Below, piece by piece: positions 38,855 through 53,719 of a DNA stretch of 59,327 nt. Location: contig WELB01000031.1 in assembly GCA_009602725.1 (NCBI GenBank), forward strand, positions 372,566 through 431,892, given 5' to 3'. Source of the stretch: Spirogloea muscicola. Taxonomy: Eukaryota. Made by a program: the position numbers and the translations under genes. Within the stretch, counting starts at the first letter, position 1; every line of letters starts with the position of its first letter. The notes beneath the pieces are model-generated. The model made no database searches. It saw nothing but the letters and a program-made list of their open reading frames with translations, and was not told the DNA's origin.

Positions 38855-41800
38855 CTAGAAGTCCCAGCGGTCCACGGGCATGTGGCAGGCGGGGCAGAAC
38901 ACGTTCTTTGGGTTTCGCTGCTGCATGCAGCAAGACAAGGAAGCACACTGCCTGCAGGGCTTGAGACCCGTCGGATATGAGGCCCCCAAACGATCACAAG
39001 CAGGCAACTGCAAAGACAGAGCTTGGTAGGTAGTGTCAGCAGTTTGTGATCTTCAGATAGGTAGGGCTGCTGTCCTACCTCAAGGATGTCCTTGCAGACC
39101 ATGCAGAGTGTACGGTGACCACAAGGGAGGGCCTGCCACAAAGCCCTTCTTCCAGAGCACGCTGTGCACACAAGCTCAGAGTTGCCAATCACCTGGAGAC
39201 ATTTCTCACAAGGAGAGGATTACTCAGCTCGTTCACCGAACAAAGCCGTGGAAGTAAACTTGTCCTTGTCAGTATACAGCATGCTGCAGCGCATGCTGGG
39301 CTCCCTGGGACAAGAATGTACTAGGTGATCTTTCTGTGCAATACCAGCAAGATGGTTTCTAGCTGATGTTGGGCATGCAATTTACAAGCTGGTCATGGGT
39401 GGTGGACTCTAAAAACAAAACCTGCAATGGGGTGCCCCTTTGCGAGGGACTCATTGAGGAGAGCGTGGGTGGGGCTTGCGCCATGAAGGAGTTGACATCA
39501 TAAGCATGGTATAGTGGAGGCCCGTGTAGAAATTGTGGTGGTGGCTGATTCTCCTGCAGTATGCAAGGAAGTCAGCCGGTAAGCTTTGCACGTCAGATGC
39601 CAACTTCTGACTTGTGACTACAACTCAAGCAGAACCAACGCTTGCCTGGCCAAATACTCATGAAGGATGAAGCTTAATCAGCTGCAATGGCGAACCCACG
39701 TGAAGGATGTAATGCACAGGGGTGTCTGCTGCAGACTTTCGGCTTAAGAAGACTACCTGGAGCCAGGCTTGTTCTTGCAAGAAGGGAACCTGTCCAGAAG
39801 CCTTCTGCAGTCTCTGGTACACTTGGTGGCTGACTGCCTGGAGTCCAGGAGTATTTTGCGGACCGTCATTCCAGAGACTATACTGAAATGGATGTGAGGC
39901 CTCAGATCGGGCTGCGCAATCCCAGTCAGTTGGGTCAACTCAGAGCAGCAATCACCTAAGTAATCTGCAAGAAAGATCGTCCTACGTACACATGGTGGCA
40001 CTTTGTATCTAATCTGCCCTGGCAATAGTTCGTCTTCTGCTTCATGTTGATGCAAGGTCGATTTGGCTACATATGTATGTGTATGGGCTGGGGTTTATGG
40101 GTGTCCTTGTAGTACCCGACTGCGGCCTGAGGCCAGATCCGACGGTCCTTCCCATTTGAGGTGCCACAGGCAGGCCATGAGGTTGTCCTGGAAAGGGGGG
40201 CCCACTCCGGCTGGCCTCCCGATTTGCGGAGCTGCTAGCGCCGGCATTCGACGACGCTTCTTGTGCAGCTCGAGCTTTCCCGCCTCCTGGTTGGTGCAGG
40301 ATAGATATCAACTCAGATAGGAAGTCAGGCTCATCTCCCTTATCCTTGTCTCCCGGCTTCCCGTCAGCAGGGTGGCCGACGTCCTCCATGTGCTCCTCCA
40401 GTGCTGCCTCGCTTCTTAGCTCGTCCGAAGATCCAGGTGTACCTCCCTTAAGAGGAGTCTCACATCCTTGCAACCCCTGCGCCGCCGCTGCGGCGTATGA
40501 GCGCCCAGCTTCGGCGTGCTGGTTATTGAAGATGGCCGATGACAACCCTTGCAGGCTGGACATGCCTGAGGCTGTAGCACAGGCAGAGGAGAACTATCAG
40601 TGGGCTCTTCGCCAAGACCCTCGAAAGACGCGAAGTCCTTGATCTCACTTTCCATTACAATCAGATGTACAAATCTCTGCCACATTCAGAAGCACCCTGT
40701 GTCTAGCTGCGTCATACTGACAAGTTCAATGGACATGCGCAAGGTCTGCAACTGGATCAGATGACGTTGTAAAATTGCATAATGTTGATATACTATACAT
40801 GTACTTACCAGGCGGCAGCAGAACCATATGGGTAGCAGGGCCTCGGCCAACTGGCACGATCTTCATCCTACAGACATCGGGCAGTGCTCGCACAAAGTCA
40901 CTGAGCTTCTGGAAGCCAAGGCTAGTGTGATCCAATTCAAGGCCGCACGTAGCTCTGAAGTCGCCTTTCAATGACGACAACGGATACCACTCTCCTTCGG
41001 CCAATCTGCTGGACGCCTGAGCAATAAACCTCGGCATCCACTGCCGCAGCTTCTTCAGCCATGCCGGCTGTACGGCTGGCAGGCCAGCTGGCACAGAAGC
41101 ATCTGGTGTGTAAGGCACTCCTCCTGCGTATCGACTGTGCAGTGAGGGCAGCTGGTAGTTGATAGCCCTGTGCTCGTCATGCATACTCCTGTTCTCGTCT
41201 GTGGTCTGCAGATCAGCAGACCACGGCTTCTTCTGATCGACCCTGTTCACCTCCTCAGCTGCTGCTGCCGCTTCTGCGAGCAGCACAGGCCTGGGAACAG
41301 CGCTCTTCACTTCGACCTGGTCATGAGAAGAAGAGCTTGCTTGTAATTGCTGTGGCTGTGCTGTTCCATGGTCGGGAAGTGAATAAAGAGGGCTCACATG
41401 ACGAATCAAATGAAGTAGAGACACATTTATATCATGCCTTCGGGCAATGAACACTTCACTCAAAGCTTTACAACGCTTCATCGGGCTCCAAGAAGGCGTC
41501 CAAGAGCTGAGTGCGCGCGTCTGCCATGGCAAGCCTACCTTTTTCCCAAAGAGGTTAACAAAGTGAGCTTGAACTGCTGCTTGGACAGAGCTCTCGTGCT
41601 TGAAGGTGACGAAGCCAAAACCACGGGACATAGTTTGGTTCCCTGTCTGGCTCTCTATGACCACAGCATCCACGACTGGACCAAAGTGCGCTTGGAAGAA
41701 CTCGCGTAGATCCTCTGCAGGCCAGGCACAATCGCGCAAAGAGTGCATGAGAAGCCACACCAAGTCTGGAGCTGCCTCTATCGAGGATATCTCGTATTCT

Positions 41801-42391
41801 CAGCTTATTTAATTGTAACATGCATCAAGGTCGCAGCGGCCAAGATATATGCGCAATCAGAGAGTCCAGGTGGCAACAGCTCAGGAGCATGCACTTTGAT
41901 GAGTTTCTCTACAGCAGGCAGGCGCCTCACCCGACTCGACGGTGGGAGATAGGCCTCCCACGAAAATCTTGCGCCCGAGGTCCTCGTGCTCTCGCCGCCT
42001 GTCAACCATGGCGCCTGCAGCAGCTGCTGCTGCAGGCGATGGGAGTCGACTTATGCCCCGGCGGCGCAGCTGCGCCTCTGGCGCCGCCCGCCCGCCCAGG
42101 TGCGCAGCGCCCGTCAGGCCTGCGCACAGGCGCTCNGGGGCCTTCGTAGGGGGGCTCGGGCGGGAGGCGCCCCCAGAAGCGTCGCTGAATGGAAAGACTT
42201 TCGAGGGGCGTGCCCTCTCTGGTAACAGCCCCAGTGGAGGGGGCGGCCTTGATGAAGAGCCCTTGGCTCGCCGAGCCGGGGGGGCGGTTTACCTGCCTGC
42301 GCCGGTGACATCGCCCGGCAGCGGGCGCCCCGTTAGCGCTGGCGAACCGGGCTCCCCCGGCGGGAGGCCCCATTTGACGCCGCCCGGACAC
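38855..42391 (-). CDS. RRM + OST-HTH/LOTUS + C-terminal RING-HC protein; start uncertain (42391, 42374 or 42009)
   Basis: RRM: RKIFVGGL..|EDLREFF..SRGFGFVTF..KK|VEVKSAVP. LOTUS: WYPLSSLKGDFRATCGLELDHTSLGFQKLSDFVRALPDVC. RING: CTAC..LPCGHRTLCMVC..|..FCPACHMPV..*. Confidence 0.8.
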
Positions 42392-43328
42392 ATTGTATGG
42401 TCTGTCCCTCGAAGTGCCTTCGGGATCTTATTTCCTGACTTATCTCTAAGTTAGCGGCAGTCGCCACCGGGGAGGGGGGCCCCATGTCAATCTCACTCGC
42501 GGGCCGATCGACGGCTGAAAGCGGCGCTAAGCGGCGCGCCGACGCTAACTACGCGGTAGCCGTTGATGGTGTGCATCCACGGTCAAAGGCGCGCGGCAGG
42601 AGGCTCCGATCACGTGGGGAGCCGCGGCCGAAGCTGCAGGCCTCCCGGGATTAGGCAGCTGGTGCCGCAAACTTGAAATCAGGGTTTAAGATCAAGGGTC
42701 CAGGGCTTATCTACCAAAGCCCTGGCTGACAAGTTATACTGGAGAAATTGGATCATGAATACCTCCTGATGAAAAGGATGTGACATCCACCGCAAATTGC
42801 ATCCACTACCACCTCTGTTCTACATAAGCTTGCCCTTGTGTTTGTCATTCTCAAGCCAACTACACAAAACTCCGAGCAACTGTCTTGACGATCGCAAACT
42901 GCGTTACATCAATGTCTTACGTCAATGTCTTCTAAATCTGTGTGTTGACTCTGCTTGCACGACAGAGAAATTTGTGAAAAAGATGATCATGTTCTCCATT
43001 GCTAGTACTGGCCAATTTGAGAACTGTTCACAGGTACAATCTGAGGTTGTTGACCGCACCAAGCGGATAATATCCACAACCACAAGATGCTTCATAGAAA
43101 TTGAGCAAGTCCAAGAGTGCCATCATCAGATGTCTGCAACTCTGGCTTTACCAATTCTGCAGTGTCACCCAGGACCTACTCCCATGTCATCTGCTCTCCT
43201 TCTCAAATACTTAACAGTTGTCCCAGTGCTTTAATCAGTGCCACTAGATGCGGCCAGAGCATAGCGGCAATACAGGCTATGACCGTTGACACCCAGTAGC
43301 ACTCCTAAGAGTCTATACGTGCTATAAA

Positions 43329-46300
43329 TCATGAGATGCCTGCTGGGGCCTCAATGAGCGTTGATGTATTGGTCCCAGTGTTGCCATTAAGGACAGTCAC
43401 ATTGCCGTCAGCGTCCACATCAATGATGGCACTATCGCCCTCCTTGATCTCGCCGGATAGCATCCTCTCGGCCATGCTGCTCAGCCCAAGTGACCAGCAA
43501 ACCCACATCAGCATCTTGTTGATTCATAGAGCACACTCATGCTGATACTGGGTGAACAGCCTGCCAACCTATGTACTTCATTACTCAGCAGTACAGAGTG
43601 TTATATGCAACAACCTCCAATGTAATCCCTGCTCATCTCACCTGTCCTCAAGAAGTCTCATAATCGCTCGTCGCAGTGGGCGAGCTCCATACGAGGGACT
43701 ATAACCCTCATCCACTACCCGATCCCTGAACCTTTCAGTGACCTTCAGAACGAAGGGCATGGGCAGTAGTCAGCTTGGGATCTTTCCATAACAAAGTGCC
43801 TTAGACTTTTCAATAATGACATTGACAACTGCAGGAGAAGATATCCTACTCTCAATTACTCTCACTGTATCAAGTGAGGTAGTACCTGAAGGTCAATCTC
43901 CTTCTTGTGCAGGCGCTCAAACACCTCCTTCAACATGATGTCTGCAATCTCTTTGACCTCCATCTTCGTCAGCTGCCTGAAGACAATGATCTCATCCAGT
44001 CTGTTGAGGAACTCTGGCCTGAAGTACTGCTTCAGCTCCTCATTAACAAGGCTCTTGATGCGGTTGTAGCTGCTGTCCTTCTCGCCATAGTCAAGCTGCA
44101 GTCCAGTCCAATTTACAATCCCCGTGAGACATGCATAAAAGGTCTGCAGCAAATCTGGTCAGATAGAGTACAACATGCCTCCTGCACCTTGCCTGACAAT
44201 CTCTAGGAGGTCAATAGCAAGTTTCGTCAAGAGCACATAGAAACTGAATGCATCTCCTCGTCATCCCTGCCTATTGCACCTGGAATCCAATGCCACCACC
44301 GCCCTTCTCAATCACAGAGGAGCCAACGTTTGACGTCATAATAAGCAAGGTGTTCTTGAAGTCCACAGTCCTGCCCTTGCTGTCAGTCAGACGCCCATCC
44401 TCAAGAATCTGTTGGCAGACAGCAACACGTCAACCATGAGGAAGAAGAAACAACAAATTGCGGTCCACCAAGAAGGAGCATAGTAGCACCAACTTAACAG
44501 ATTCGAGGTGTTGGAGTACCTGAAGCATCATATTGAAGACATCTGGATGAGCCTTCTCAATCTCATCGAAGAGAACCACAGTGTACGGACGCCTACGAAC
44601 TGCCTCAGTTAGCTGGCCGCCCTCACTGTATCCAACATATCCAGGCGGGCTCCCAATAAGCTTGGAGACCGTGTGCCTCTCCATGAACTCCGACATATCG
44701 AGACGCACCATAGCCTGCAAAAAAAGCGTGGCCTTCACTATCTTCCATACTTAAGCTCAAGCCGAGAAGCACCAGGAGAGATTCTGTACGCGAGCACCTG
44801 CCAACTCAGGACAAACTAAGCAGAAAGTGGCATGATGTACCTCCTCGGAGCCAAAATAGTAGGATGCGAGAGCCTTGGCAAGCTCTGACTTTCCAACACC
44901 AGTTGGGCCAGAAAAGATGAAGGACGCAATGGGCCGGTTGGGGTTCTTCAGCCCAACGCGCGCACGACGGATGGCACGAGAGATGGCCTTCACGGCCTCG
45001 TCTTGCCCAATAACGCGCTGGTGAAGTGTGCCCTCCATCTTAAGGAGCCTGTCGGACTCATCAGTCGAGACCTGCGCCATAAAATCCAGCAGGTTGCACA
45101 TGAATCTCAAGTGCACATTAAAGGTGACAGACAGCTTAGCGTGATAACTTACTGCATACACTTACAAAGAGTGAGGCAACATATATGATAAGGAGCTGGA
45201 TATGGAAAGCTTTGTGCTGGTACTAAGAGCTGACCTTCTCCACAGGAATACCCGTCCAGGCGGACACAATCTGCTGGATGTCTGACTCAGTGACAAGTGG
45301 GCCAGTCTCTCCACTCTCCGTCTCCGCCTTCATCTTCTCCTTGCCCTTCTCTGTGATGGCTGAGATCTGAGCTTTCAGCTCCATCTCACGGTCACGTAGC
45401 TCTCCAGCCTGCACCAATAATCAGGTTGTCGGAGATATACCTAATCAGCACCAGGTTGCTGAACACAAGCTAGCCAGACTCCATTCTGTCCTTCAATCCC
45501 AAATTGATCAATTCGCCATGCCTTGCAAGCCCAGAGGCTATTTAGATGGACAGTCAACTGGATACAACACACCAGAGAGCAGGAACGAAATGCAGATTCC
45601 ACACGATCTCACAATCTCATCCGCACACGCACAGACGATCGAACTTTCGAAACGCCTGCTATACAAGGTACTTAGCACGCCTACTAAGCTCAGATGAGGA
45701 CCTTCTCAAAGTCCTGGCCCCTGACTGCTTCGTTCTTCTCCTTGGTGATGGTACGGAGCTCCTTATCCAGCTCCCGGGCCTCTTCAGGCAGCTGCAGCAA
45801 TTTCAACAAGCGAATACAGATAAGATCTCACAGGGTATTATCAAGCTTGCATATTACAAGCCAATGATGTAAGCCATGCAAGCAGAGCTCATTGTGGAGG
45901 TTCAGTGAGGAACACAAGCTGTGCACACCTGTGCGTGGCGAAGGCGCACACGAGAACCAGCCTCATCAATCAGGTCAATGGCCTTATCGGGCAAGAAGCG
46001 GTCACTGACACAACAACAACATTACGAGGCTTGTAAGCACGTCTGAACCAGATTTGCTGTCATCATCCTCTGTGGTTGATTTGCATCTGACTTACTATTC
46101 TTCTTTGAAATGAGCGAATAGGCAATCAAGTTCCTGCTAGATTAGACTGCTGAGTACAAGTGCAGTACAAGAGGAGAGAAAGACTGAATTGCCGCACTAA
46201 AAGATGACAGACAATGTCCCCTCCCAGCATACCTGATATACTGGTATGACAGTTGAGCAGCAGCAATGAGGGCTTCATCAGTGTAGCGAAGCTTGTGGTG

Positions 46301-49037
46301 GATCTCGTAACGCTCCCGAAGTCCTTTCAGGATCTGGATGGTCTCATCCACAGAGGGCTCAGGAACCTGGACAGGCTGGAACCGGCGCTCCAAGGCAGGG
46401 TCCTTCTCAATGTGCTTGCGGTACTCGTCAAGCGTGGTTGCTCCAATGCACTGAATGCCAGTCGCAATTCAAAGAGGTCAGCCAGCGGGACTAAGACCCA
46501 TGAAAATTGCTTAATTCAGAACAAAAGTCCTGTCACAAGCCCATTCCAAGTTCAGCAGCTTGCACTGCGTATACACAGCTTGCACTGCATATACACACAA
46601 GTGTCACTGGTGTCGCTGTCTGTGGCTGCCAGCTGGAACTAGAGTGCCAAGATTGCATGCCTGCAAATATCTTGAATACCTTCACCAAGGAATTCTTGCG
46701 AGTACAAGATTGATCATACCAAGCAATGCTTGCAAACACAAGATCCATAATAAGTCAAGAGGAGCATCTTACCTGAAGCTCGCCTCGGGCAAGAGCAGGC
46801 TTCAGAATATTGGCAGCGTCAATGGCTCCCTCCGCTGCACCAGCTCCAATCAAGGTGTGCACCTCATCGATGACAAGAATGATGTTATCAGCCTGCTTGA
46901 TCTCCTCCATCAACTTCTTCAGCCTCTCCTCAAACTCGCCACGATACTTGGTGCCCGCCACCAAAAGGCCCATGTCAAGGGTGATAACCTGCAAAAAGGA
47001 CGCAAGTGTGATTGAGCTGGGCAAGACACAAAGCAAGCCTGCAAGCTTCCACATTTAGACGGCATAGCACCAGAATGACAAATCTACCTCATCCCGTCAA
47101 AAAGAATTTAAATCATTCAGTAACATTACATGTATTACGGCATTAGTAGGCAGATTACAACGTGTCAAAGAGATGCCAGGTGGAGGTGGCAGAGCAGGTA
47201 TGCAAGATACTGCAGCCTGTCAGGATGAAGGAAGCATACCTTCTTGCCTTCAATGGTCTCAGGAACGTCTCCAGTCGCAATGCGCTGCGCCAGCCCCTCA
47301 GCAATGGCGGTTTTGCCAACGCCAGGCTCCCCAATCAGGCAGGGGTTATTCTTTGTCCTCCTTCCAAGGATCTGAGTAACGCGCTCAATCTGAGCCTGTC
47401 TTCCAACAACAGGGTCTAACTTGCCCTGGAAGAAAATAAAGCACATCCAATGAGATCGTCGGAGCACACAAGCAGATGAGGAAAGGTCCAGCTGGCAACA
47501 ATGATGTCCTAAACACTCCAGCAAGACACGCTTGGCCCTGCTCTTTGCCTGCATCCATACACACTCAAGCTTACAGCAATTTCAGTGCTACCCACAATGG
47601 CAGCTTATAAGAGCTTCTGCTACAGGAAGCGCTTACCTCCTCAGCAAGCTTGGTAAGATTTGTGCCATACTCCTCAAGAGTTGGCATCTTGTTGCTGCTA
47701 CTTCCACCACCAACACCGGCACCCACAGCCTCAGTGCTCTCACCCACCATCCTTATGACCTGCACCCGACACGTCACAGAAGCAATCCTCAGCAGGTTTA
47801 ATCTGTATCAAGGAACTCTTCATCCAGTGCTATCTCAAGTTGGATATTGCAGTAAGCTAGGCGATCATGGTGGTCATGCTGCAGCTTGATGCAGTGGATA
47901 CGACTGTTGCAAACAACAGAGCAAACTCTGACTGCATAGATACATATATTTCAGTTGACGAGGTTTGAAGACAAACCTGAGTGCGGATGTTGCTTGGGTC
48001 AGCCCCTAGGTTCTCTAGGACCCTAGCTGCCACTCCTTCGCCCTCGCGAAGGAGTCCCAGCAACAGGTGCTCGGTTCCAATGTAATTGTGACCTGAATTC
48101 ATGCAAAAACCACGTGTTAATGTTATGCTAGATCAATCATAGCCTGTCCAGATGGAACCTCCAGGGCACAAATATTCAGAGCTTCCTCTTGATATGGGGT
48201 AGTGTACAGGCAGTAAAATGGGCTCACAAGCTATGGTCAGTGACTGACCTAGCTGGCGAGCTTCCTCCAAGGAAAGCTCAAGCACACGCTTGGCACGGGG
48301 CGTGAAGGGGATCTCAACAGCAACAAAGCCAGAACCACGCCCAATAATCTTCTCAACCTCCACGCGAGCTTCCTTCAGGTTCACCCCCATGGACTTGAGC
48401 ACTTTCGCAGCGATCCCAGTGCCCTCGCCAATGAGGCCCAGGAGAATCTGCAGATGAAAGAGTCCGAACAAAAGCCAGAATGTCAATCACAGATATATCG
48501 CAATAGCTCACCAATCGCATGCAATACTCCTTCACTACTGGTGAGTCCACAGGTGACCCACAAATTGCTGTCACGGTAAGCCAAACGCAGAACAAGAAGT
48601 GCTGATCCGGTTCAGGACAGTCATGCAGAAGGAGAAGCCCGCAGCCTGACCTGCTCAGTGCCAACAAAGTTGTGGCCAAGGCGGCGAGCCTCCTCTTGCG
48701 CGAGCATGATGACTTTGATGGCCTTCTCGGTGAACCTCTCGAACATGGCCACCGTCTGGCCCTTCCTGCTGCCGCTGCTGTGGCCAGCCGCAGCCATCGA
48801 AGCAGCCACGACCGACCTCAGGTCCTGCGAGGGCTGGCGGCCGAGACTGTCCACGGCGCTGACCCGCCGCATGCCCGAGAAGGACTTGAGCGAGGCCGCC
48901 GCCATCGGCGCTGCCACCGCCAGGCGCGCGGTGGCGGCGCGCCGCGACTTCTTGCATCCTCGCAGCGGCGAGGCGACCGCCGCCTCCGCCAGGCAGCCGC
49001 CCGCGACGGCCGCCGCGTGCGCCAGGGCCCCCGCCAT
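43329..49037 (-). CDS. clpC: Plastid ClpC (Hsp100/Clp ATPase) with transit peptide, multi-exon
   Basis: [88 protein letters not shown] and [11 protein letters not shown]. Confidence 0.98.
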
Positions 49038-49864
49038 GGCTGGCGTCCGGGAGCTCTACTCTCTCCGTCAACGGCGGCCCTTGCGAAGTGGCGACGGAAT
49101 GAGTCGCGGCGGCCGCTAAATCCGCAGCCGGACAGGGCTCCGCCTTTGCCCCGAGGCTCCTCGCCGCGGCGGCAGCGGCGGCTGNCGGCGGCTTCGGCGG
49201 CGATGGCGGCGGCGGCGGCGGCGGCGGTGGCGGCTGCGGCGGGCGCGGAGACCAGGACGTGGGTTTCTGGCACTGAAGGCCGGGGTTGGGGGGGAGGGTG
49301 CCCCGGGACGCCACTTATCCAGGGGGCCCGTAAGAATCTGCCGTACCTCGGATTGGGCTGGCGCCAGCCGACGGTCGCGATGCGTCCAGATGGGCCCCCT
49401 CCCCCCTTTCCCGACGCTTCCCCCACTCCACTTTCGTGATCTAATCCACTTTCAATTACATCGCCCCTTCTTCACATCATAGCCCTTACCGGCGGAGTGG
49501 CGCCCCGGTCGGCTCACCCCCACGGGAGCCGTGGGCGCGCGCGGCTTGCGCGCCGCTTGGCGGCTGCTGATACGTTGGATCCCGCGAGATCTCCGGTGCG
49601 GCAGTTGCGCCACCGCGCGCCCTCGAGCCGGCCGTGTGGCTGGGGGGCCCTTTACCGTTCAGATCTCTTTGTGGGTTTCACACCGTCGCAGCCGTTTGGT
49701 ATTGCTGCTTCTTCAGACCTCGAACACTCCTTTGGGTGGCCTGTCACAGCTATTGCCTGAACAATGCAATGGAAACAAGCTCTTATGGAAGAGACTAATG
49801 TCATCTTAGGTACCTTAGATTAGGTCTCCGTATTATGTAGCATTGTTTAGTCTGCACTCGACTC

Positions 49865-50018
49865 TGCCTGAACAATGTATTGGCTTGAATTAAAAAAAAT
49901 TGAATTGGCCTCCCTTTCAATTCATGCGCCCCGCGCGCCTTCTCTCCCTTTGCCTGAACAATGTAATGGCTTGAATTGGCCTCGCTTTAATTTCATGCGC
50001 ACCGCGCGCCTTCTCTCC
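49865..50018 (+). repeat. Two tandem copies of the about 70-bp GCCTGAACAATG repeat upstream of clpC
   Basis: Match to 22141-22207 and to the reverse complement of 24196-24261. Confidence 0.75.
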
Positions 50019-51074
50019 TTTACGTGAGCTTGCCTAATGGAAGAGCTGTTTCTTCTTTACGTGGGCTTGCCTCGCCTATGCCGTCTCTCAGACGGGGCCG
50101 TCCGTCTCCCCCACAAGAATTGAGAGTATCTGGGGTCACACCGAAGAGCTGCTTTGGAAGCGCAGCTTCTTCTTGTGGGCCTGCCTTAACAGCCTCGGCC
50201 CCATGGGAAGAGCTGCTTCTCGTTGCACAACGAGAGTAGGCACGCTGTGCGCATGAACTCAAAGGCAGGCAAGACCGCTTGTCCTGCCAAATGCAGAGAA
50301 AGGCAAAGGATTTGGCTACAGGCGAGGAGGAAAGAAACTCTTCAAAAGGGCGCGATCGCTGTACAAGGCCAGCCCAAAAGGGGTGGGCAAGATTTAAAGA
50401 GGCCGCAATGCACAGACCTCGTAGCTACGCAAGTGCTTGCACCAAGAGGGCAGTGCCAGTGGAGGGCCACCTCCCACATAATTCCGTGTACGTGTATACC
50501 TACTTGCTCAGGTATGACTAAGTGTAGGAGGCTGCAAGCTAGCCGAGCCTACGGACGGTGGTGTTTTAGCATACTTTCCCAGGGAAGATGTGGTACAGTC
50601 GAAGATGTCCACCAGCTAAATCACCTAACAATGGAAGCTGCTCATCATGTAAGACCCGCATAGCAAAGATGCGGGGCAATTGTACCACATACATACATTA
50701 AAAGCACCCAAACTTAAACATAGTGGAACAGAAAATCAACAGACATCAAAAATCTGTATGACTCACACATCCAGGCACTGAGGCTTTAATCAATCACAAG
50801 AAATTGTTGCAAAGAGCACCACACTCGATGAGGGAACAAGCATGGTGTATATTATATGAAGAAACTGATGAATTTTCCAGAGTCGAAGCAGTATTGTACT
50901 TATTGGCAGTAGGCAAGCCCCTCCAGCGGGGCCAGTTTCAAGTGACTGGTCCTAGGAAATATGTAATGGATGGATACCTATAGTACACAGTTATCCAAAT
51001 GGCATATTGGACTTGTAAACATTCCACAAGCCTTTGTTGCAAAAGGAACGACCTTGTGCAACACGCATCCTGAG

Positions 51075-53647
51075 CTAGGCACGTGTTTTGACATTCTTCT
51101 TGAGTCGCACAGCCAAGGCACCGGCTCGTGGTACTCGAAAGATGTACCTAAGTACACGGAGAAGATCAGATTTATACCTGAGATCTGGAAACTTGGTCAC
51201 TGCAATTTTGCACAAACATTTCCACTCTGCTGCCCTGATTCTGAGCATCACACATTCAATGAGGGATGAAGCAACATCCGTAGGGCAAATTGAACACTAA
51301 TACACGAACTTGTTCTCATTAAGGAAGTTGCCGACGGCTGAGGGCAGGCTGGCCCCTCCTCGACTATGCTGGCCAACTCCTGCATGATGAGGAGCAATGC
51401 TTCAGCTGCTGATGACTCAAGAGATCCTTCACAGCACCAGCAACAAATTCTGGCGCAACATTTAACAAGACTTTCAAGGGAGCAACATCAGATGAAGTTG
51501 CTGTGGCACATGGGCAAAAGTGCATTGTGTACCTGTTATGACAATGAGCTCGTTGCTTAACCTAGTGTTGATAGTGACCACTGGTAGGCCTGCTGTGCCA
51601 TCAGTCAGCAGGCTGTGCGTACCCACAGCGGGCTGCGGCACATGACGGCTACCTCCAGACAGTGCAGACGAAGAGGTAGCCAAGTCGCCTTCCAGCTGGG
51701 CAAGACGCTGCCTGACTCAGACTTAGGTCATGTTGTTCCGCTAGGATTACAACTGAAGTCAATCAACCACCATCAGATGGCCTTTTGAGCAGAAGCAATG
51801 GCTCTTGTTCCATGCTCGTGACCAGCCTCTTCTCAGTTATTCAGACTGGATGCTTCCTTGACCAGCCTCACCTAAGAGCCTGAACAGCTTCTTGAGCATG
51901 AAGCCCGTGGAGGTCCAGCTCCCAGTCGCCGCCAGCTCTGAAAGGTGAGAACCTGCCCTTTCTCTCAGCACTATAACTGCTGGTTGCAGCTATTACGGCG
52001 CCTGTTCAAGCACTATGCAAGGAGTCGAGGGTATGTCCCTACCATTGAAGGAGAATGCCGAGGCAATTACCATTTACTTGACCAATCCAGCCGCAAGGAC
52101 CTAAAGTTGGCCCTAGAACCTGAGCTCTACAACGCAAGCAGTGCCTGTCTGCAGTCCACAATCCCACTAGTGTCCCACCCAACTTCTGTGCTACTTCGCC
52201 TAAGCAAAGCAGCAGATTGCTTGACCTGCTGGTGTTCCTTGCTTGCAAGATCTTCTGTGCGGCCTCCCCATGCAGCTGCTCTGCCAGGTGGCGTTCCTTG
52301 AGCGCCAACTTGGCAAGCTGTCGAGCCCTGTGGTGGTCTCCCATAGAGAATGCGCTGATCGCCGAGCGAACATGACGCGCTCTGGCCCTGCAGAAGTATC
52401 ATAGCAACGTCTCAAGCATCACAGCAGCGTTGCGGACGATTGCCTTAAGGTAGAGTAAGGGGGAAACAGCCACGAGGCTGCTGCCAGCTGGCCAGACAAA
52501 TTGGCAGATTGAGAATGCATGACTGCTACAGCGTCGATAAGTGGTATTAAGTAATTGCAAGAATGGCTCAAATGGTATGGATGTCAGGAGGTCTGCAGTA
52601 GCCCGGGCTCATGAGGCGAACACCTATGCATTCTCGCAAGCCAGGGCATCGCGTTGTCAAGGCAGAAAGCAGGCTCCGAACCTGGACACACGAAGCGCCT
52701 GCCCGCGGTACTTGAGGTAGACGTCCTCGTCCTCCTCGCTGGAGGAGGGGCCCTGGTGCACCTCGCAGGGCCTGCCCGCTGGAGCAGCAGCACCCGTGTC
52801 GCCGGACATGCTGTGGAGCCAGACGGCGGCCGCCTCCTCGTCGCCGTCCACGACCGCCAGGACCTCAGCGAGCAAGTCCGGGGGGGCCCACGCGAAGTGG
52901 GTGCCCAGGTTGCCCAGGACGCGGGCCTGGTGGTCGGACTCCACCACAGCATTGCCGGCCACAAGAGCCGAGCCCGCAGGAGCAGCAGCAGCAGCAGCCG
53001 GCGTAATGATGGGCTGCGGCCGAGCTTCTGGCGGCGGCCGCGCGGGGATGAGGTTGCGGTATGGCAGCGAGGGCGACCGCGGCCGGCTGGCGGCAGGGGC
53101 GGCCTCGGAGCCGAGAGCGGGGAATGCAGCTGTTGGGCTTTCCGCCGGCGGTGCGGCGACGGCCTCCCGGCCCTGCTGCGCAGTGAAGGCGTGCCAGCCG
53201 CGTGGCCTGGCCGGTGCCGCCGCTGCCGCCGCCGGGCGCGGCAATGCAGCCTCCGCCTCGCCTGCAAGGACACTGCAGGCCGTCAGCATCAACATAACAT
53301 GCATTAACATAACGTTATAGTCGTAGAGACTGAGCTTAAGGTACATTGCACTATGGCAGTGGAAAGCAAGCTGGTCCGTCGCCGAGGGCTCGGTCGTTGG
53401 GACGCCATGGACGCCGCCGCATTGGCACTGGCGGCGGCCGCAGCGGCGGAAGCAGGTTCAGGGGTTTGGGTTTAGGGGTTTGGGGTTTTTGGCACTTGAC
53501 GCTGGACCCAGAACCCAAGCCCTGGCTCTTAGCCTCATCAGGCACTCGACTCTGATCGGCGGCGGCGGCGGGCGGGGCTTGCCCTGGAGGAGGAGGGCCT
53601 CGGCGGCGGCGCTGGCGTCGCNGCGCGTCGCCCGGCGGGGGCCGCAT
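51075..53647 (-). CDS. Smr (small MutS-related) domain protein with CUE-like and DUF1771 domains
   Basis: CUE-like: LGTHFAWAPPDLLAEVLAVVDGDEEAA. DUF1771: DVYLKYRGQAL..AFSMGDHHRARQLA..HGEAAQKILQARN. Smr: ELDLHGLHAQEAVQAL and LIVITG|VGQHSRGGASLPSAVGNFL. Confidence 0.88.
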
Positions 53648-53719
53648 TACGCGGCTCCCCCGCTGCCGCGCCCGCCGAGGGCGGCGGCGGCGGCGGCGGC
53701 GGTCACCAATGGGAGTCTC

